From assembly GCA_008632985.1 (NCBI GenBank), contig QPGO01000198.1, positions 62,001-126,000 on the forward strand: a DNA stretch of 64,000 bases. Direction: 5' to 3'. This document shows, piece after piece, positions 35,010 through 46,174 of this stretch (position 1 is the stretch's first letter; every line of letters starts with the position of its first letter). The stretch is from Psammoneis japonica. Its lineage: Eukaryota. The translations under genes and the position numbers were made by a program. The notes below the pieces were generated by a model. It did not search any database. It was not told the DNA's origin and saw nothing but the letters and a program-made list of their open reading frames with translations.

Positions 35010-38000
35010 ACACGTGCAGATGCGTCAGAAGGGGAGCGCTGACAGGGATGTGAGAGTCACAATCGAGTCTGCATGTTTTCCTCCGTCAGCGCACTTGAAG
35101 TTGCTTCAAGATGGTTTTCATTTTGGATCCATGCGCTGCAGTGCGGCACACAGACACCTTCCTCGTCGTCTGTTTGCGTGGGGGTGCACTGTGCGCTTCT
35201 TTGAGATGGCTGCAAGCCAGGCAGTTGCCAGAGAGCCATGCAGCACAGGCACGCAAGCAACAGCTTTTGCAAGCTCTGGCGGAGGGCGGCACTGCAGGCA
35301 GCTCATCATCATTTGGCTGCTGTTTCTTGCACCTCATTTGTTTTCAACCCAGGTGGGTCGTCACTTGGAGACAACAGGCGAGGTTTCCTGCACATTTCTG
35401 TGTGACGCACACTTTTTTGCACACCACAGCCGCCCATGTGCAATTTTTGCACTCTCCCATGCAGTGTTGCCATTTTTTGTTTTTCTCACATCCACAAATC
35501 TTGCACACCAGACAAAGGCACGATGTTGCTGCCATGAAGAAATGTCCATTTGCACACAAACATCTGCCAGGGCTGTGAAAGCAAGAGCACAGTTGTGAGC
35601 TGGTGGCAAGAAAAGGCTGGAGGCTGGTTGATGCAAAAAGTTCACCGGGGTGTTNGCGTGTGGTGATATGTCCACGTAGGCGATGTACTAGTTGATTCAA
35701 TGGTTAAGACATTAAAGTGCCCACTGAGCGAGCGAGATGGTAAAGAGGCTTACCGGTAACCGTCAGGCAGTATGACGGCATCTCATCTATTTATGTAGCT
35801 CGCACTTTGGGTAGGATACATGACATATATCGTGTTGGACAACCAGATGCCGATGCTACTGACAAGGTGTTAGTAGTATCGGCATCTGGTTGTCCAACAG
35901 GTGTTGCTGTGGCCAGTGGTGCATTTTGTCTTGTGGGGACATTTTTGACCAGGTTTGATTTGTGTTTTTATGATTTGTGTTTTCATGACACATTGGAGTG
36001 GTTGCTTTGACATTTCATGCCAACATGTGCAGCACCTTGGCACTTTGATGCACTTGGACAGATTGATTTTTGGCGCCGGTGACAGAATGCCCCCACTCTG
36101 TTTTTGAGGAGGGTTCAAGATGACCAAGGAGCTCAGACATGAGTGACGTGTGTGTCAAACATTGTGAAGCATGACAATGGCACCAACAACATCCAGATTT
36201 TGCAGCCCACTTGCTTTGTTGCAAAACAGAGAGCAGAGTTTGTTGTTGTTTAAAAACATCAGAGGTTCTGCCACAATGTTCGGCCAGTGCACCTGCTTCT
36301 GCCAAGCAACCATTTCATTGCAACACAGTCAACAAAGTCAAAGACTGCCTTTGCAATGCTGGGCATTTGCGCTGGTGAACAAATCTGCTGGCTCTTTTGA
36401 GGGCCGGCGGCCGCACAGAAAAATGTGTGTGAATCAGTTTGCCCGAGTTTTTGCACCAACACAATGGTGCCAGAATGGTCTTTTTTTGCACGAGTTCATT
36501 GCAAAACAGAGAAAGCTGACATTCTTTTGAAATGGTCAAATGCAACAAGAAAAAAACAGAAAAAGAGCAATTCAAGAACATCATTCCAAAAGCTGCCACG
36601 TGCAGTTTCCTGCCACTTTGCTGTGGAAAAAAAGGGACTCTGAAAGAGCTTTGTTCTCTTTTTGTCTGCACCCTCCAACAAACAAAGAAGGTGGTGCCAG
36701 TCATTGAAAGTGAACAGATCTGATGAAAGATGATGCAAAATGTTGGGAAAAAGCATGAGCTCAGATGAGAATTGTTTCTCATGCAAAAAGCATGGTGATG
36801 GAAAACAGATGAACACAGTGTCACACCCGGCAACCAACCCCAACCTGGGATGAAAACTCATCACCTCGCCAGTCTCCCAGTTAAAGAGAGCACTGCCCAA
36901 AGGGCAGTGTGGTGCAGCGCCAAAGCCAAAAAATCAAAAGTTGCAGCTTTGGCTTTAAAAAAGCAGCAGATCATCTGTTGCAATGCAGCAGCTCTTGCCT
37001 CACATGCCAAGCAGGCAGTTTTAGCAAAAGCAGGTTGACAGATTGCAGTTGACTGCAGTTGCAAGAACATTTCTCCTGAGCTGGCACACCTGGCTGAGAA
37101 ACATGAAGTCATTTGAGCACTGCATTTTCTTCATGCAATGGCGTGAACATGTTCATTCACGAGTGAAGAGCAATGCTCCAAGTTTGGCTTGGCACTTGGT
37201 GAATGCTGCACAGTGCAACATTGTGCACTCAGGATTCTTTTCACACATCCAAGGTGCAACGTGCAATGTTGATGGCCAGTCTCTGCACAACCTCTCAGCA
37301 TCACGGATCACTCACAGTTGAAACCCACACTGCAGTCTGCTCCACAAGGGAGGAGAGACATTTGCATGTTGGCAGTTGTGCCAAGGATCACACAGCAGCA
37401 ACTTGTGCAGGAAAATGTTCTGTGACAAAGAGTTGGATGTTGAAGGAGCAGACCTGCTCCAAAGCACAACCTCCTGCTGCACAAGCACTTTGGCTGCTGC
37501 ACAGCTGCACACAAATGCACCACTTCTCTGCTTGCATTGATGAGCTCTGAGGCACATTTGGCACAGTGCTTTAAAGCACCCTCTTTGGATGAATCCATGT
37601 GCGAAGCTTGTGTTTCTGCTGGCTCTGCTGCCCCCCACTGTGTTTGTGACTTAAAAAAATCATGAGTTGTTTGAGATCTGCAGCACAGCACTTTGGGCAA
37701 TGATGACCCACATTGCAGCAATTGTGGCTGCAGCTGTGCTGCTTCTAAGAAGCCCTTGGCTGGGGGTGCTGTGCCACCCAAGCTTTCTCCCAGCTCTTGT
37801 GGCAGACAGGGGGCTGGAGCTGCTGTGTCATTCATTGGTTGGTTGCAAGCTTCAGATGGGGCCCAAAATCCTGGAGCCACAACACCTTCGCCAACCCCGT
37901 GTTGCCTTTGGTGCCAAGGTGCTTGACCTTGTTCACCAGAGAGGTGGTGCTCCCTTGAGATGAGACAAAGAGGTGGCATGGTGTCAACCCCGCTGTGTCC

Positions 38001-38390
38001 CACAGGATTTTGGAGCAAAGAATGGGCAGTTGTGCAACAGGCAGGATGTTGTGGGGGAGGCCATTTTGGGCTCATCACAGACTTGCACCAATGGCAACCC
38101 TCCATCTCCCAGGATGCTCAATCCAATGGAGGGGATGTTGCCATTTGTTGCCACTGGGAGGCCAACATGCATGACCCAACCTTGGACAAATGAGTGGAGC
38201 CAGAACTCTGTCTGTTTTTCATTTTGCCACACAAGCAATGGGCAGCTGTCTGTGGCCTCTCAACTGAGAGCAAGTGTGAGATGATGGGCTCAACCTCACA
38301 GCAGACCTGCTCCAACACATTGGGCTTGAGGTCAGCACACACAAGAGATGGAGCTGAGAGCTGACAGCACCAAGCACAAAGTGGCCCACG
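35010..38390. other. TpA/CpG-depleted degenerate block, containing an N at 35655 followed by a ~240 bp TA-rich island
   Basis: TA is nearly absent except at 35656-35900, and ORFs are Cys/His-rich. Confidence 0.9.
35833..35899. repeat. 32-bp inverted repeat (hairpin, 3-nt loop)
   Basis: TGTTGGACAACCAGATGCCGATgCTACTgACA-agg-TGTtAGTAGtATCGGCATCTGGTTGTCCAACA, with two mismatches. Confidence 0.95.
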
Positions 38391-38680
38391 GTACGCTCGC
38401 GACTCGCGAGAGAGACGCGCGTCTACCTTTCGATGCACGTACGTGGTGCTGATGTCGGCGGCAAATCTTGCAAATCTTGGATCTTCCCTACAAATCAACG
38501 TAGATTTCTACGTGAGGTTCTGAAAACATGAGAACACTCGTCAACACACTCAACTTCATTCAAACTCGCGATGCCAAAAGCCAGTTGAGGAGGTGTTGAA
38601 GCCAACAAGACGTTGCTTCGCGTTCTCATAGAGAGATACGACTCAACAAAAACGACAACAACAACAATAGATAAGACTCG

Positions 38681-38717
<37 letters not shown>

Positions 38718-38718
38718 C
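38681..38718 (+). repeat. (CAA)n microsatellite just upstream of the ACS start codon
   Basis: Uninterrupted ACA/CAA run. Confidence 0.95.
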
Positions 38719-38731
38719 GACAACAGTAAAT

Positions 38732-40859
38732 ATGACTGAAGAAGCAAAGCAAGACCAGCAGAAACAGCAGCAACATAATGTTTGGATGAAGCAAGTGGTG
38801 GAGAGCAAGTCTGACTTGGCTCTGGCTCGGTACAAACTCGAGCACGAGGCTAGCATTGCCGATCCCGAAACGTATTGGGCAAAAAAGGCGACGGAATACC
38901 TCGATTGGTTTCAGCCATTCAATCCCAATAGTGTCATGGGTGGATCCATGGAGTATGGCGATGTCACGTGGTTTGCCGGTGGTAAACTCAACATGAGTTA
39001 CAATGCAATCGACAGGTGGGCAACGGGAACAGCCGCAGGAGGAGCCTGTAACGAGGTTGCCATTTTATGGGAAGGAGACGAGCCGGCCGACGTGCGGTCC
39101 ATTACCTATACCGAGCTGTTGCGCAAAACGTGTCAAGTCGCCAACGCCCTCAAATCGCAGGGTGTCCAACAGGGAGACGTTGTCACGATTTACATGCCCA
39201 TGATTCCCGAATTGGCCTTTACCATGTTGGCGTGCACTCGGATTGGTGCCGTTCATTCCGTGGTGTTTGCCGGATTTTCCGCCGAAGCTCTGGCGCAACG
39301 CATTACGGCGGCGCAAAGCAAGTGTGTCGTGACGGCCGACGTGGGGAAGCGTGGAGGGAAAACCATTCAACTCAAAAAGATCGTCAATGACGCTCTGACG
39401 AGGTGCAATGACGACTTGGTGGAAAAGGTGTTGGTGTATGAGCGGTTTCATGACCCAAAGTCCGAGGACGCACCGTATGATATGCTGGACAAGGATGTAC
39501 GCATGGATCCGCTCGTGGCCTTGCAGCGTCCGTACTGTGTTCCAGCCACTATGGATGCCGAAGACCCGCTCTTTATCCTGTACACCTCGGGGAGCACGGG
39601 CAAACCCAAGGGTTTGCTCCATACGACGGGTGGATACGCCCTCTACGCTGCCATGACGGCCAAGATCGTGTTTGATTTGAAGGTGGGCGATGTCTTTGCC
39701 TGTGTTGCCGATTGTGGTTGGATTACGGGACACACGTACGTTGTCTATGGCCCTCTCTTGAATGGAGGCACGACATTCATGTTTGAGTCCACCCCCGTCT
39801 ATCCAACGCCGGCTCGTTATTGGGACATGGTGGAGCGTCATCAAATCAATGCCTTGTACACGGCACCGACGGCCATTCGTCTCTTGATGCGTTACGGCAA
39901 CGAGCATGTGGAGAACCACAATCTCGACAGTCTCAAAATTCTGGGTACCGTTGGTGAACCCATCAATCCCGAAGCCTGGAAGTGGTACTATGAAGTGGTG
40001 GGCAAGAAGAATTGTGCTGTTGTCGATACCTATTGGCAGACCGAGACGGTAAGTTACAATATATATGATTTGTCCGATTTGTTCAAGCTCCCTCTGTAGA
40101 GGAAAACACTAACGCTGCTATTTTTTCACATTTTTTCACAGGGTGGACACGTGATTACCAATCTTCCCGGAGTGACACCCATGAAACCCGGTAGTTGTTC
40201 CTTGCCTTTCTATGGCATTGACACGGTGGTGTTGGACCCTCACACGGGCAAGGAATTGGATTCCACTGAAGATGGTGTCGAGGGTGTCATGGCGATTCGT
40301 CAACCGTGGCCCGGCATGGCACGGACTTGTTTGGGCGATCACCAACGGTACTTGGTGACGTACATGAAACCCTACAAGGGCTACTACTTTACCGGCGACG
40401 CTGTCATTCGCGACAAGGACGGCTACCACTTTATTACCGGTCGTGTCGATGACGTGCTCAACGTGAGTGGTCACCGCATTGGAACGGCCGAAGTCGAGAG
40501 CGCCCTCGTGGTCATCCCGCCGTCGCCCAAGCCGCCGTGGTGGACAAGCCCACGACATCAAGGGCCAATCGATTTGTGCCTTTTGCATGCTCACGGTGGG
40601 ATTCGAAGAAACGGAAACGCTCGAGAAGGAGCTGCGCCAAATGGTCCGCACCGAGATTGGTGCCTTTGCCAGTCCCGATGTTATTTGTGTCACGCCGTCC
40701 TTGCCCATGACGAGGAGTGGAAAAATCATGAGACGCATTCTGCGCAAAATTGTAGCGGGTGAGGTGGATTCGTTGGGCGATACAAGCACCTTGGCGGACC
40801 CGTCGATTGTCGACACGTTGATTGAAAAGATCAATGCCAAACAAGCCGGGAAAAAGTAA
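38732..40859 (+). CDS. ACS: Acetyl-CoA synthetase (AMP-forming); intron 40049-40141; apparent indels near 40510-40550
   Basis: [62 protein letters not shown] and [13 protein letters not shown]. Confidence 0.96.
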
Positions 40860-41494
40860 AAAGAAGGAGGGGTAGTAGCAGAGGACCAGCTCACGTACAA
40901 TGAAACAGAACAAGCGCAATATAGTAGGGTGGGTTTGTAAGGTCGAAGTAGTGCAATGATGTGATATGATTAACTAGTTTATCCCGATGAAGAACCAAGT
41001 ACTACTGGTACAGAGATTATGAGCTTCGCATGGACGATAGTGCTTCGATGACCCTCGCAGTCGGGGTCGCGTAGCTGAAATGCCCTCCCAGTCTGAAGTC
41101 GTGCTCCAGTCGTGAATCGTGAACTTTTGTGCGGGAAAGAGCCGCGACAACTCAACACGACGTACGGGTATTCACAACATTTTGACTATTGGGTGGCCGG
41201 TATTATATTGTGGATACTGGTGCACTACAGAGAACGCTCTCTAGCCAAACTATTACTGCACCGGTATGGAGATAGGAACATCACGTCGCGAGAAGGACCA
41301 GCTCTGAGCTCTGTCCAAATACCTAGTTTGCATCATTTCACATGCTTCTTGTGTTCGAAACATTTTGGCCATTATGTTGCTGCTGATGTGATTTCAACAT
41401 GGGTACATGTACGCCACCATGCCCACCAAAGATCCTGTTCCAAATCAATAATGCGCTTTTGTATTTTCTTATTTGATCCAATCCCAACAACAAC
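40837..41494 (+). repeat. ~650 bp direct repeat, copy 1 (ACS 3' end, intergenic DNA, degenerate DDI1 3' end)
   Basis: Colinear with 43367-44017. Confidence 0.9.
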
Positions 41495-41738
41495 TGTCAA
41501 AAGAAATGGTCCTTTGATCAATGTTGTGGTCCTTGCGTTTCCGTTGCGGCTTGCGTGCGCTTCCCGCGACCACGTCAGTCGAGACAAGACTGCAGACCTG
41601 CGACCGAGACCTACCTGCGACCACCATGCATCTCATTCAATCATGTTCGTCCCATCCCCAGCATCCAACATCATAAGAAACCACGCTATTTCATTACAAT
41701 CGCGAGACGTTGCTGATCTCTTCAACCATCCAACAAAC

Positions 41739-43027
41739 ATGGACCCACCGCGTGCCTTCTCCTCTGCTTCCAACTGGACTGACAACAAAGAGTCCGTTAG
41801 CATGGACCCACCGGATGCCTTCGCCTCTACCTACAACAACTCGCTATCTCCAATAGCCCGTCAACACATTCAGAATCTAATTTGCTGCTTGGACGACACT
41901 CAAGCTTATCCGAGATGTCCCTCGTGTTACTACGATCTCATGGATCGACACGATTTGATCACCGAGCCTGCATCCATTCGCTTTGACAGAATCGGAAAGA
42001 TCCATGTGGTCCGTTACGAGTCGATCTGTCTCCGCAAGAGCGACGAGAATGACAATGTCTGCACCGAAGACTTGTTACTAGTTGCGCTATTGAGTTGGAA
42101 ACGAAACCCTTGCGGCTCGGTCAATTTCCTTCCCAGGTCATTTGTTTGGGCGTTGCACACGATTTCCGGTAACGACGACGACGACGAGACTATGGACGAT
42201 GACGCCCTTCACAAAGCATTCCAAAACTCGCTGCCTACCAGTTATATTTGGAGCATTTTTGACAAACGCAAGGAGGCGGTCAAATTCGTCAATGAGGATA
42301 CATACTGCCTACCCCTTCACTATGCTTTCTCGAATTATTTATCGCAACATTACACGACGGCTGTCGCAAGAACAAAGTATTTCTCGGACTACTTATCGCG
42401 AGATTACACGCCGGCAACCGCAACCAAATCTTTCTTGGATTATTTATCGCAAGAGGATGGAGCAGCTCTTTATTCCGGCATTTCGGTCCGCCTTGTCAAG
42501 AGGGTCATTCACCGTTATCCTTCGGCCCTGCGACGACAGGACCGCAGGGGAAACAACCCCATGCACTACTTTTTTAAGAATGCGTCGGTGAAAATGATGG
42601 AGTGCTCGAGCTGGCCAATTGGATGGTCCAAAAGTCGTCGACAACCTTGAAATGCCTCAAGACAGCCTTGTTCCAAACCAATGTCGACGGCGACACTCCT
42701 CTTCAGTGTCTCATTTGGAGGCATGGCAACAATAAGGGGGTTTGGCCTCCTGAGATTTTGTCTGCCTTTCTAAATAATGTTGTGTTGCTGGACCACATCA
42801 GAGACAACGTGGACGATGATGGTTCAACCGCCATTCAGTACTCCCGAGACCTGTTGGCAACGGCGTTGTCGATTGGGAATTGCACGGCCATTCAGGCTCT
42901 CTTGGATTCTGCGAACTTGTGTCATAACACGGACCTACTGAACTGGATAGTTCTCGAACTCGTGTTGAAATCAATATGCAAGGGCGAAGAGATGCCATCA
43001 ACTAAAATTGTGTGCCGCAAGCAATGA
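41739..43027 (+). CDS. Hypothetical protein with degenerate ankyrin-like repeats (frameshift near 42590)
   Basis: Long ORF with LPLHYA, GNNPMHY and GDTPLQ motifs. Confidence 0.55.
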
Positions 43028-43366
43028 ACCGGATACGACTTAGAACACTTTGTGAGTGCCAATGCCTATGTTTTTCATTACTGGTAGGTAGCAAAGTGGT
43101 GTATCTTTTTTACACGGGATCCGCGAGCTCATTGTGCGATTGACGACTTTTTGGCGGACCGTATTTAGGGGAAATTGTGACAGGCAGGAGTCAAGTGCTT
43201 CATTGGGAACCTTTAGGGTCAATTGGACAAGCAAATTCTAACATTTGAAACAAGTTACTGTTTGGTCACTTTTGGGGGGGGGTCAATGGTGGCCTAGTTC
43301 GGCTGGATTTCCCTCCGTTCCCATTTACGTACAACGGGGCTAACCTGGGCACCTATTTTTTTGTGA

Positions 43367-44017
43367 CCAAACAGGCCGGGAAAAAGTAACAAGAAGGAGG
43401 GGTAGCAGCAAAGGACCAGCTCATGTACAATGAAAAAGAACAAGCACAATTTAGTGGAGTGGGCTTTCTTGTATAAGGTCAAAGTAGTGATATGATTAAC
43501 TAGTGTATCCCAATTAAGAATCAAGTACCAGTACAGGGATTGTTAGCTTCGAATGGACGATAGTGCTCCGATGACCAACGTGGTTTGGGTCGTGTGGCTG
43601 AAATCAAATCTCCTCTCGCAGTCGTGCTTTGGTCGTGAACTTTTGTGAGCGAAAGAGCCGCGACAACTCAACAAGACGTACGGGTACTATTCGTTATATT
43701 CACAGCATTTTGGCTTTTTGGGTTGGCTGGTGTTGTGGCTACTGGTGCGCTGCAGAAAACTCTCTAACCAAGCTACTCTACTACTGCACCGGTATGGAGG
43801 GAGGAGCATCACATCGCGAAAAGGACCAGCTCTGCCCAAACACCTAATTTACATGATTTCACATGCGTCTTGTGTTCGAAACATTGGCTGTTGTTGCTGC
43901 TGATGTGGTTTCAACATGGGTACCTGTACGCCACCATGCCCACCAAAGATCAGTACATCCTGTTCCAAATCAATAATGCATTTGTATTTTCTCATTTGAT
44001 CCAATCCCAACAACAAC
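43367..44017 (+). repeat. ~650 bp direct repeat, copy 2 (contains the intact DDI1-like 3' end)
   Basis: Colinear with 40837-41494. Confidence 0.9.
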
Positions 44018-44484
44018 AATTGTTGTTGCGGTACATCCAAGACGGAGTAATCCATACAAAACTCGACATGTCCCAATTCGACCGGAACTCCCGATATTTT
44101 TCCCAAAATCTTGGCTTGTCCCACCCCATTGGCGACACCACCGTGTCGGCGGTCGATGCGTGACTCCAAATTCAAGCGTTTGGCCAATTCATACGAAATG
44201 ACCGACGTGCATGCTCCCGAATCCACCATGAGTTCGACACAAATACCACTAATCACGCAGGGAACCGTGCACATGTAGGGTTGTTGTTGTCGAACGAGCG
44301 AAGAAAGCCATGGAGGTAACGAGACACTACTCGTTTGAGACGGTGATGGTTGTTGTTGTGGAGGACGACGTGCCGATGACGAGTCGTGCGCGACAACAGA
44401 AGAATTGTTTGCTGTTGCTTGTTGGTGTTCTTGCTCTGCGATTGCCAAGGCAATTGCAGCATCATTCGCTGTATCTGATTGCAT
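43849..44484 (-). CDS. DDI1-like retroviral-type aspartyl protease
   Basis: MVDSGACTSVIS, GVANGVG..KILG and LLLGLDQMRKYKCIIDL. Confidence 0.85.
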   Translation of the reverse strand: MQSDTANDAAIALAIAEQEHQQATANNSSVVAHDSSSARRPPQQQPSPSQTSSVSLPPWLSSLVRQQQPYMCTVPCVISGICVELMVDSGACTSVISYELAKRLNLESRIDRRHGGVANGVGQAKILGKISGVPVELGHVEFCMDYSVLDVPQQQLLLLGLDQMRKYKCIIDLEQDVLIFGGHGGVQVPMLKPHQQQQQPMFRTQDACEIM

Positions 44485-44940
44485 CGTTTCGTTGTTGTTG
44501 ATGGTTGTTGCTTTTGCAATGATTGTGGGGATTAAAAGCAACAGCAAGAAAAACACCACGCACGATTCGCATCATGTCGATTTTCTTCGTCGATCCACGA
44601 TGGAGGGAGAATCCACACAGTACAGTAAATACCAGGTATATGTAGTATAAGGAATTGTAGTACTATTCAGTTTATAATATATAAAGGATGAATATATAAT
44701 ATTCCACGGCTCGTCGAGTACAAATCTCACAGCGAGCCGTTTCATCGTCAGCTGTAAGCGAAAATCACGTTCTATTTTTGTCATAGTGATTTATTATACA
44801 ATAGTCCGTGCTGTAGATTAAAAATCATCACTGATGCGGAAAGTATCTTTCACCTTGCCATGATAAGCTTTCTCGTGACATCGTCATCACTATGTATCTC
44901 CCCTACAACACCGCTAACACCGCTATTGCAATCTTATTTG

Positions 44941-45779
44941 ATGGCCGCCATGATGGTACAGCTGAAGCCGTGTGTACTTGTCCTTGTTGCTCAGGCGATC
45001 GGATTTGGGGAGGTCTGCATTGCTTTTTCTCTAACTACTCAACAAACGGGCGCCGAATCGACAAAGACAGGAAGTACAGCAACAAGTCGTCGGTCGTTTC
45101 TTACTACAGCTAGCAGCCTCGCGACCTTGTTGACAATCCCATCGGTGGCAAATGCCGGGATCGACCCGTCGCTGCTGAAAAGTCTCCCCGTAGAGGGAGA
45201 TGAATCGGGGACGGCACAACGATTGCGTCAGATCGAAGCCATCCAAAAACCGGCAACAGACCTTGTCGATGTTCCGTTCACGGAGTTGCCGTCTGGCGTG
45301 TCGTATCGTGAATACCGCGAAGGAAAGGGAGAGGAGGGTACGTACCATTGGTGTTGAGCATTTTCAAACATGTAATGCTGTTCACGTACCTTATATAACA
45401 TAAGGCTTTATCCATCTTCACAGTCGTCCGTCAGGGATCCAAGGTGGCTGTCGAAATGACGATTCGATGCAAGTCCTTTGCGACACAGAACGAACCTGGA
45501 GGGATCAAGTTTTTTTCCACAAAGGAAGATACAGATTTTAATGAATTGGCATGGACAATTGGAAGTGGCGAACTATTGCCAGGTCTAGAAGAGGGCATGA
45601 TGGGGATGCATCGAAATGCTTTGCGACGGATCGAGGTTCCATCCACACAGGTTTATCCTGCCCGCAAAGCAAACCAACTTCCCCTACCTACTACAAAAGA
45701 CGGAAAGCGAAGGTTCGAAAACCTATTCAAGACAGACGCGACTCTGCTATTTGAGGTACTTGTTACAAGAATCAAATGA
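44941..45779 (+). CDS. FKBP-type peptidyl-prolyl isomerase, probably thylakoid lumen; intron 45338-45423
   Basis: Signal peptide + AF, twin-Arg SRRSFL...ANA, LPSGVSYREYREGKGE, IGSGELLPGLEEGMMGM and TLLFEV. Confidence 0.88.
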
Positions 45780-46174
45780 AGGCCGTGAAAGGGGCAAACT
45801 GTAACAGATGCATATCTTTTCAGGGTGGAAGCGGATGTAGTCATAACATCTAGCAAGAATACCTAGAATGATTCATCTAACGTAGACGCTTTTCTACCGT
45901 TTCATCAGTAATTGCAGAAGATAATGTTTTATCATCAAGTCTTAATATGGACAGATGGAAATCGCTTTCCTTACCCAGGAAAATTATTCTAGCAAGTCCC
46001 TTGCCCTTTGTGCTTTTATTCTGTCCACGACGATTCTACTGGAAGATGGATGGACCAGACGATTCCGTCACACAGTTTGTTGGATTGTCACTTTTCCGGC
46101 GCGCAACGGCTAGAGAGTCTTCGAAGAGTGGCACGAATTCCTGAGCACAAGTGGAAACAGCATCCATAAAACGC

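Noticed and set aside
40500..40560. Programmed frameshifting or pseudogenisation of ACS, NDUFAF7, the helicase, DUF1769 and the oxygenase
   Set aside because: Scattered single-base indels, often in short homopolymers, in otherwise conserved genes are best explained as assembly errors. Reads are needed to confirm.
43030..43366. Possible coding or structured sequence after the ankyrin-like ORF
   Set aside because: Homopolymer-rich with no coherent ORF, and may be low-quality sequence.
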